Origin: Polyangiaceae bacterium
GTDB lineage: Bacteria; Myxococcota_A; Polyangia; Polyangiales; Polyangiaceae
Reading direction: 5' to 3'
Length of the DNA: 51,848 nucleotides
Assembly (NCBI GenBank): GCA_035485095.1
Contig: DATHOI010000386.1
Span: 1-51,848 of the forward strand
Shown: positions 45,683 to 51,848 of the stretch, piece by piece
Layout: each line of letters opens with the position of its first letter
How positions within the stretch are numbered: position 1 is the first letter of the stretch
The notes under the pieces: model-generated
The model's input: the letters and a program-made list of their open reading frames with translations, nothing else
The model's database searches: none
Told to the model about the DNA's origin: nothing
Made by a program: the position numbers and the translations under genes

Positions 45683-46942
45683 TCAGCGGTTGCAATCGGC
45701 CGCGGTGAGCATGTGGATCCAATCGCCCACCAGGCTCACGGCGTTCGTGTCCACGACGTAGGACCCGATCTGCGGCATGCGCCCGGTGGCTGGGTCCGCC
45801 AAATTCATGCGCTGCCAGATCGCGGAATCCATCTCATCCCCTGGCACCATTCGCTCGGTCGCCGGGGCGCCCGAGGGCGCCGCTTTGTTGATCGGAACAT
45901 TGCAGATCTGGGTGTCCTTCAGCAGCGTGTCGTAACGCAAATCGAAGAGCGCGAACGCGCCGCCCGGGCGGTGACAGAACCCGCAATTCGCGTGCAGGTA
46001 TGAGCGCGCTTCTTGCTCTGTCGTGGCCCCTGCCGAGGGGCTTCCGGCCTGGCCGGGATACGGCGTAACGAGCGCCGTCTTGTACGGCATCGCCAGCGGC
46101 GCATCGAACAACCCGAGCGCCGCGAACGTGTCGAGTTGATTCTTGGTCCCCACGACGCGGTTTAGCTGCGCGGTCTCGGGTCCGAGGGTGAAGCCGGCAG
46201 CCGCATTGTGACACGTGAGGCAATCCTCCTGGCTCGGGTAGTTCCAAGGCACGGTGCGCGTGCCTGTATTGAACATGAGCGACACGCGATCAGCCGAGAC
46301 GATCGTCGCGTCAGTCTGTGCCTCGTCCCACTCGTAGCTGTAGCCGACCCAGTCAGCGGCATCTAGGTGCATGAACAAGCGAGTCTCGACCAGCTTTTGG
46401 TCGAACATGAAGATCTTGATCATGACGGTGCCGACCGGGAAGTCCCAACGGCCGTCGTCCTGAACGCCATCGGGGCAGTCCGCCATGTTTGCAGCGCAAT
46501 TGCGGACGTGAATCTTCCCGCCTGCGGGCAACACAAAAGCCCGCTGCTTGTCGGCCGAATCCGACCAGAGCGGGCTGTTGACCTCGTAGCTCACCGCCGT
46601 GGAGATGGGTTTGCGCGTGTCGGTCGGGTCCGTGCAACCGGTCAAGCTCAGCGTCGTGATCGGCGAGAAGACATCGGCCGGAGGTGTGCAAGTGCCAACG
46701 ACCGCAGCCCCAGCAGCACCCGCGGCTCCGCCGCCGCTTCCACCGGCAAGTGAGCTTGCGCCGCCCGTTGCACTCGCACCCGCGCCGCCGCCACTGCCAC
46801 TCGCACCCGTGGAGCCGGCAGTACCCGACGTGCCGGCGTTAGCGCCAGCGCCGCCACCGCTCGCGGTCTTCGAGTCAGAGCTACCGCACGCGGCGAGCAG
46901 GCAACTAATTGCAAAGGCGGCTGAGATCTTCGAATCAAACAT
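45683..46942 (-). CDS. SO2930-family diheme c-type cytochrome lipoprotein (copy 1)
   Basis: Lipobox [48 protein letters not shown] and RMP. Confidence 0.8.
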   Translation of the reverse strand: MFDSKISAAFAISCLLAACGSSDSKTASGGGAGANAGTSGTAGSTGASGSGGGAGASATGGASSLAGGSGGGAAGAAGAAVVGTCTPPADVFSPITTLSLTGCTDPTDTRKPISTAVSYEVNSPLWSDSADKQRAFVLPAGGKIHVRNCAANMADCPDGVQDDGRWDFPVGTVMIKIFMFDQKLVETRLFMHLDAADWVGYSYEWDEAQTDATIVSADRVSLMFNTGTRTVPWNYPSQEDCLTCHNAAAGFTLGPETAQLNRVVGTKNQLDTFAALGLFDAPLAMPYKTALVTPYPGQAGSPSAGATTEQEARSYLHANCGFCHRPGGAFALFDLRYDTLLKDTQICNVPINKAAPSGAPATERMVPGDEMDSAIWQRMNLADPATGRMPQIGSYVVDTNAVSLVGDWIHMLTAADCNR

Positions 46943-47193
46943 GGAATTTTCTCAGGGTAGCAGCGGGAAAGGAAGCCATATTGCCTCAATCACCGTGCCG
47001 ATGCGATGTGTGCATCGACACGCCATTCGAACACGCCATTCGACACGCGAGGAGGAAGGGTAGCCGAACACCTACATGCGTGCACACAAGAGCGACGCTT
47101 TTTGCGACCTTTCACGGTCGAGTGAAGCATCGTAGACTGCTTGCCATTCGCAGTTGCGGCAGCCGCGCCCTTCTGCGCCCTGGAGGATTCACA

Positions 47194-48960
47194 ATGACCC
47201 GAGCCCTACTTTGTAGTGTCTTCTTACTCTCGCTCTCGTGCTCCAGCTCGCCCTCTGACAACGGCAGCACAAGCGGATCGAGCGGAGAGTCGAGCACCAG
47301 CGGCGGCAGCGGCACGCAAAGTGGTGCTGGCTCGAGCAGCACCGCAGCCGGAGCCGGAGCGACTGCGAGTGGCGGCGCCGGCAATGGCTTCGCAGGCGCG
47401 CGCGGTGCCTCAGGGACGGCCGGCGCAGGCGGCACCGCAACGGCGGGCGGAGCCGGCGCGACCGTCGCAGGCTCCGTCACGCAATGGGGCAATGACATCG
47501 CGCGCAGCGCGCACTGGGTCGACGCGAGCCTCACTCAAGCCAACGTAAAGACCAAAATGGCGCAGGACACCTTCCCTGCACCGACCGGGGCCACGACCGA
47601 ATACGCCGGCAAGTTCGCGGGAGAGCTCGCTGCACTGCCGTTGTATTTGGCTGGCGCGACCGCCGGCGCGGGCGAGTATATCGCGGTCACCACGCAGAAT
47701 GACGTGTACGCATTCCACGAAACCACCGGCGCGCTGGTTTGGAAGCACAACGTCGGCGCAAACATCGCCGCCGGCGGCAGTCTCTGTGGCACCCCAACGA
47801 ATCACGGCATCGTCGGCACACCGGTGATCGACGCGACGGCGCGCGTGATTTACCTCGTCGCGGGCATCGCCACCCCCGAGCACCACGAGATCCACGCGCT
47901 CAACGCTGACACCGGCATGGAGCTGACCGGCGGCTGGCCCGTCGATGTCTCGAAGATCAAGGCCGGCACACTCGCGTTCGATGAGAAAGTCCAGAATCAG
48001 CGCAGCGCGTTGTCTTTGGTCAACGGCGTCGTGTACGCCTCTTTCGGCGGCTATTGCGGCGATCAGGGCGACTATCACGGCTGGGTCATCGGCGTGAACA
48101 GCAAGGACCCGACGAAGACCGGCGCGTGGGCCACTATCGAGCAACAAGCGGGGATCTGGGCGCCCGGCGGCATGGCCTCCGACGGCACGGGCGTTTTTGC
48201 CGTCACCGGCAACTCCGGCATCATGGGTGATCACACGAATAGCGACAGCGAGGAGATCATCCGCGTCACGGGGCTCGGTGTGGGCATGCGTGACACCAAG
48301 GACATGTTCTTCCCCTCGGAATGGGCGACCCCGATGAACGCGCATGACTTGGACTTCGGTTCGAGCAGCCCGGCCGTGATCACCGTGCCCAATTCGACGC
48401 CTTCGACCGTGATCGTCGCGCCGTCCAAGAATGGGCGCGTGTACTTCCTCGACGCGGGCAACCTCGGCGCCTCGCTAGGCCAGTTCGCCGATATGGCGGT
48501 GGCCGATACCACGGGGGCATCCGTGTACACTGCGCCGAGCGCCTACACGTCCGCCTCTGGCGTGCACGTCGCAATCACTACCGGCGCCGGCTCGCAATGC
48601 CCCGGAACGGGCAACGACGGCAGCGTCATGTCCATCCTGATGCAGCCGGGCATGACACCTACCGCGGCGCCGACCCCCAAAATTTCCTGGTGCGCGGCGA
48701 TAGCGACGGACGCGACCATCCACCGTTCGCCAATTTCGACCAACAGCTCGGGCAGCACCGACCCCATCGTGTGGCTGGTGAACGGCACGAAGCTCAATGC
48801 CTTCGATGGCGAGACGGGCGCTTCGCTGTACACCGGCGGCACGGGCACGTGCGGCGGCGTTCACGCCTTCACCACGCTGATCGACGCCAATGGGCATCTG
48901 ATCATGGGCGGGGACGCGGCAGGCCAAGCGCATCTGTGCTCCTGGTCGGTCCACAACTGA
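47194..48960 (+). CDS. PQQ-binding-like beta-propeller lipoprotein (copy 1)
   Basis: GGAGGA RBS, lipobox SLSC, Gly/Ser linker, VYAF..TG..VW, GIVGTPVID, QRSALSL, YHGWV and DLDFGS. Confidence 0.75.
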   Translation: MTRALLCSVFLLSLSCSSSPSDNGSTSGSSGESSTSGGSGTQSGAGSSSTAAGAGATASGGAGNGFAGARGASGTAGAGGTATAGGAGATVAGSVTQWGNDIARSAHWVDASLTQANVKTKMAQDTFPAPTGATTEYAGKFAGELAALPLYLAGATAGAGEYIAVTTQNDVYAFHETTGALVWKHNVGANIAAGGSLCGTPTNHGIVGTPVIDATARVIYLVAGIATPEHHEIHALNADTGMELTGGWPVDVSKIKAGTLAFDEKVQNQRSALSLVNGVVYASFGGYCGDQGDYHGWVIGVNSKDPTKTGAWATIEQQAGIWAPGGMASDGTGVFAVTGNSGIMGDHTNSDSEEIIRVTGLGVGMRDTKDMFFPSEWATPMNAHDLDFGSSSPAVITVPNSTPSTVIVAPSKNGRVYFLDAGNLGASLGQFADMAVADTTGASVYTAPSAYTSASGVHVAITTGAGSQCPGTGNDGSVMSILMQPGMTPTAAPTPKISWCAAIATDATIHRSPISTNSSGSTDPIVWLVNGTKLNAFDGETGASLYTGGTGTCGGVHAFTTLIDANGHLIMGGDAAGQAHLCSWSVHN

Positions 48961-48989
48961 GCTGAAAACCCTGATAAAAGACTTCGGGC

Positions 48990-50078
48990 ATGAGGCATGT
49001 CCGAGTCGCGACGCTGGCGGTCCTGGCCGTCGCTCTGAATCTGGGTTGCTCACGCCATCAGGAGGCGCCACAGCGCCTGGTCTTGTCCGGGGAAAGCGCA
49101 ACCAGCGGCGTTGGGCCACTCGTCTACGTCAGTGACGAGCCGGGCGGCAGCGTCTCGGTCGTCGATCCGAGCACGGCGAAGGTCTTGGCCACGATCGCCG
49201 TCGGCAAACGGCCGCGCGGCCTCAAATTGTCGCACGACCACAAGCGGCTGTACGTGGCGGTTTCTGGGTCGCCCGCCGGAGGTCCCGGCGTCGATGAGTC
49301 CAAGCTACCGCCAGCCGATCACAGCGCGGACGGCATCGCCGTGCTGGATCTGACGGCGCGCAAGGTCGCGCATGTGCTGCCCAGCGGTCCGGATCCGGAG
49401 ACGCTCGACGTGTCCCCCGACGGAGCCACGTTGTTCATTTCCAATGAAGAGAGCTCGGAGCTCAGCGCGCTCGATCTCGCGTCCGGCAAAATCCGTGGCA
49501 AAGCGAGCGTCGGCAAAGAGCCGGGCGGCGTGGCGGTGCGCCCCGACGGCAAGGTCGTCTATGTCACGTGCAAGCGAGCTGGCGAAGTCACGGTGGTTGA
49601 CACGTCAACACTCGAAGTTTTGGCGCAGATCACCACGGGTCGTCAACCGCGCGCCATCGTGTTCAGCAAGGACGGCGGCACGGCATTCGTGAGCAACGAG
49701 CTCGGAGGGACGGTCAGCGTAGTCGACACGGGGGCCCAAAAATCCAGCCAAGACATCGCGATCCACGAAGATTCACCGATGCCTTCCGGAGTCCGCCCGG
49801 TGGGCATGGTGCTCTCGGAGGACGGCAAATGGCTGTACCTCTCGACTGGCCGCGGCGGCTCGCTCGCCATCATCGATGTCGCGCAGCGCAAACAGGTGCG
49901 TTCGATCGACGGCATCGGCGACCGGCCCTGGGGTATCGCATTGAGCCCGGACGGCAAGCTGCTCTACTCGGCCAACGGCACCTCGACCGACCTGTCGATC
50001 GTCAATCTGACGACGGGCAACGTCGACAAGCGCGTGCACATCGGCGGGTTGCCCTGGGGCGTGGTCGTCGCCGACTAG
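48990..50078 (+). CDS. YVTN-repeat beta-propeller lipoprotein
   Basis: Lipobox NLGC; repeats GKRPRG..SHD..LYVA, GPDPE..SPDG, GKEPGG..PDG and RPWGIALSPDG..LYSAN. Confidence 0.85.
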   Translation: MRHVRVATLAVLAVALNLGCSRHQEAPQRLVLSGESATSGVGPLVYVSDEPGGSVSVVDPSTAKVLATIAVGKRPRGLKLSHDHKRLYVAVSGSPAGGPGVDESKLPPADHSADGIAVLDLTARKVAHVLPSGPDPETLDVSPDGATLFISNEESSELSALDLASGKIRGKASVGKEPGGVAVRPDGKVVYVTCKRAGEVTVVDTSTLEVLAQITTGRQPRAIVFSKDGGTAFVSNELGGTVSVVDTGAQKSSQDIAIHEDSPMPSGVRPVGMVLSEDGKWLYLSTGRGGSLAIIDVAQRKQVRSIDGIGDRPWGIALSPDGKLLYSANGTSTDLSIVNLTTGNVDKRVHIGGLPWGVVVAD

Positions 50079-50117
50079 CGACGCCGCGCGCGCGACTGAC
50101 AGGCGCCAACGCGCCGC

Positions 50118-51551
50118 TCAGGGGCAAGTCTTGATCGAGTCGATCCAGTTGCCGATCAGCGTGGTGGCCTGCGTGTCGACCACGTTGCTCGCGACCGACG
50201 GCATGCGGCCGTAGTCTTGCGTCCCAGGGTTCGCGGGAATCATGATGTTCATGCGAATCCACATCGCGGACTGCGCGTGATTTCCCGGGTCAAAATCCGC
50301 ATATTGCGTCTGTGGGTTCGGCGGAATGCCGTTCTGCTCCATCAGGTTGCAAATGTTCGTGTCCTTGAGTGACAGGCTGTAGCGCAGATCGAAGCCTTGA
50401 TCATTGACGTCGGGGCGATGACAGAAGCCGCAGTTGGCACCCAAGTAGGAACGCGCTTGTTGATCGAGGACCGCGTCGGCAGTGCCAGTCGGCGCTGGGT
50501 CGTTCAAGCCGAGCGCAGCGTTCGTGTACGGCTCGACCATCGGCGTGGCGTACGGCGTGGTCGGCGCGGTGGCGTCGAACAACCCCAGCGCTTTGAAGGC
50601 GTCGATCTGGTTCACCATGCCGCCGCCACTGGTCGCACTGACCATGCGGTTCATCTGGTCCGTCTCGGGGCCAATCGTGCCGACAGCTGGGCTGTGGCAG
50701 CCCGCGCAGTCCAGGAAGTTCGGGTAATTCCAGGTGACCGTGCGCGTGCCCGTGTTGAACGACACTTGAGTGCGTGCGTTCGGCACGATGGTCGCCTCGG
50801 TCTGCGCTTCGTTCCAGGCGTAGTTGTAGCCGACCCAGTCAGCGCCGAGCTGGAAGCCGTACGTGTTTTGAAGCAAGGTCGAGGTCGCGGCATCGACGTG
50901 CATCAGCAAGCGTGTTTCGACGAGCTTGCCGTCGAACATGAAGTTTTTGATCATCACGGTGCCGACTGGGAGCACCCATTTGCCGGTGTCCGCCGGGCCG
51001 TTCGAGATGCCCATGGGAGACGTGCAGTCCGCCGCGAGCACGCTGGCACCGGCATTGGGCATGCAATTCTTCACGTGGATCTTGCCGCCCGCCGGCAGGA
51101 CGAACGCTCGCGATTTAGCCGCATTGTCCGACCAGAGCGGGCTGTTGACCTCGTACGGGATGGCTTTGGCCACGAATTTCGTGGGGGAGCTTGCGTCCAT
51201 ACACCCCGTGAGGCTGAGCTTGCAGATGGGCAGCGCAGTGCCCGACGGCGGCACGCAATCTTGCGCCGCAGTGGGCGTGCTGCAGCTCGGCCCGCCGTCG
51301 CCTACGTCGCCGCCCGCGCCGCCACCGGTCGCACCAGCAGCGCCGCCGCCATTGCCCGCGCTACCGCCGGCCGCTTGCCCGCTGGCTCCTGCAGAGCTCG
51401 AGCCGCCCGTGTTGCTCTGGCCAGCGGCACCCGCAGCGCCGCTCGAGGCACCGGAGCCGCCAGGCGTTCCGCTCCCGCCGCCGCTGCTCGAGCACGCGAG
51501 AGCGGCCGATGCGACCGCGAACGAACACACAGCGAGCCGAACCTTAGTCAT
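50118..51551 (-). CDS. SO2930-family diheme c-type cytochrome lipoprotein (copy 2; alternative start 51599)
   Basis: Lipobox [44 protein letters not shown] and RMP. Confidence 0.8.
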   Translation of the reverse strand: MTKVRLAVCSFAVASAALACSSSGGGSGTPGGSGASSGAAGAAGQSNTGGSSSAGASGQAAGGSAGNGGGAAGATGGGAGGDVGDGGPSCSTPTAAQDCVPPSGTALPICKLSLTGCMDASSPTKFVAKAIPYEVNSPLWSDNAAKSRAFVLPAGGKIHVKNCMPNAGASVLAADCTSPMGISNGPADTGKWVLPVGTVMIKNFMFDGKLVETRLLMHVDAATSTLLQNTYGFQLGADWVGYNYAWNEAQTEATIVPNARTQVSFNTGTRTVTWNYPNFLDCAGCHSPAVGTIGPETDQMNRMVSATSGGGMVNQIDAFKALGLFDATAPTTPYATPMVEPYTNAALGLNDPAPTGTADAVLDQQARSYLGANCGFCHRPDVNDQGFDLRYSLSLKDTNICNLMEQNGIPPNPQTQYADFDPGNHAQSAMWIRMNIMIPANPGTQDYGRMPSVASNVVDTQATTLIGNWIDSIKTCP

Positions 51552-51626
51552 GGATGATGTCAGCCTCTGCTGCTTGGATATTTGGGTGAGCGTGCTCATC
51601 GAAGCTCGGGCTCCGGTTAGGGGGCG

Positions 51627-51848
51627 TCAGTTACCGACCAACGACCAGGAGCACAAATGCCCGAGCGCCCAGACCACGATACGGTTTTTGACCGCGATGG
51701 GGAAGCTCATGCTTGGCACGCCCGTGCACGCCGCACCGGTCGTCGTCGTCACGGCTGCGCCTGTGTCGCCGTCCACTGCGCGCAGCTGGTTGCCATCGAT
51801 GAACCACACGAGCGGGTTTGCGCTCGCGCCGTCGGTCGTCGTCGAGAT
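51627..51848 (-). CDS. C-terminal part of a second PQQ-like beta-propeller protein (paralog of 47194..48960; 5' end outside the window)
   Basis: Open frame ISTTTDGASANPLVWFIDGNQLRAVDGDTG...HLCSWSLVGN aligns with ISTNSSGSTDPIVWLVNGTKLNAFDGETG...HLCSWSVHN. Confidence 0.8.
   Translation of the reverse strand: MSTTTDGASANPLVWFIDGNQLRAVDGDTGAAVTTTTGAACTGVPSMSFPIAVKNRIVVWALGHLCSWSLVGN

Overview
This is a GC-rich bacterial chromosomal window. The many Cys-rich lipoproteins with Gly/Ser linkers, the ECF/FecR-TPR module and the OmpA-type barrel suggest a myxobacterium (Polyangia/Sorangiineae-like); the taxonomy is an inference. I found no rRNA, tRNA, CRISPR array or mobile element. From left to right it carries: a partial OmpA-family barrel gene missed by the ORF track; pitA; a phosphoesterase next to a MauG-type diheme enzyme; an ArsB-like transporter; an ECF sigma/anti-sigma/outer-membrane triad; a nitrate/nitrite assimilation cluster (hemD-narK-nirB-nirD-flavoprotein); an RND pump; envelope and glyco genes; a four-gene signalling operon; and duplicated diheme-cytochrome/beta-propeller lipoproteins. 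Three features stand out. (1) The operon at 39834-45666 resembles the Ralstonia phcBSR fatty-acid-methyl-ester quorum-sensing locus, with a PilZ-signature domain fused to the PhcB-like synthase and a double-kinase sensor. (2) A NifA-like enhancer-binding protein sits beside three CCGACAA-N2-TTGTCGG palindromes and a consensus sigma-54 promoter that lead into the nitrate/nitrite genes. (3) The duplicated cytochrome/propeller lipoproteins may form a redox module. All family calls come from motif recognition, not database searches.
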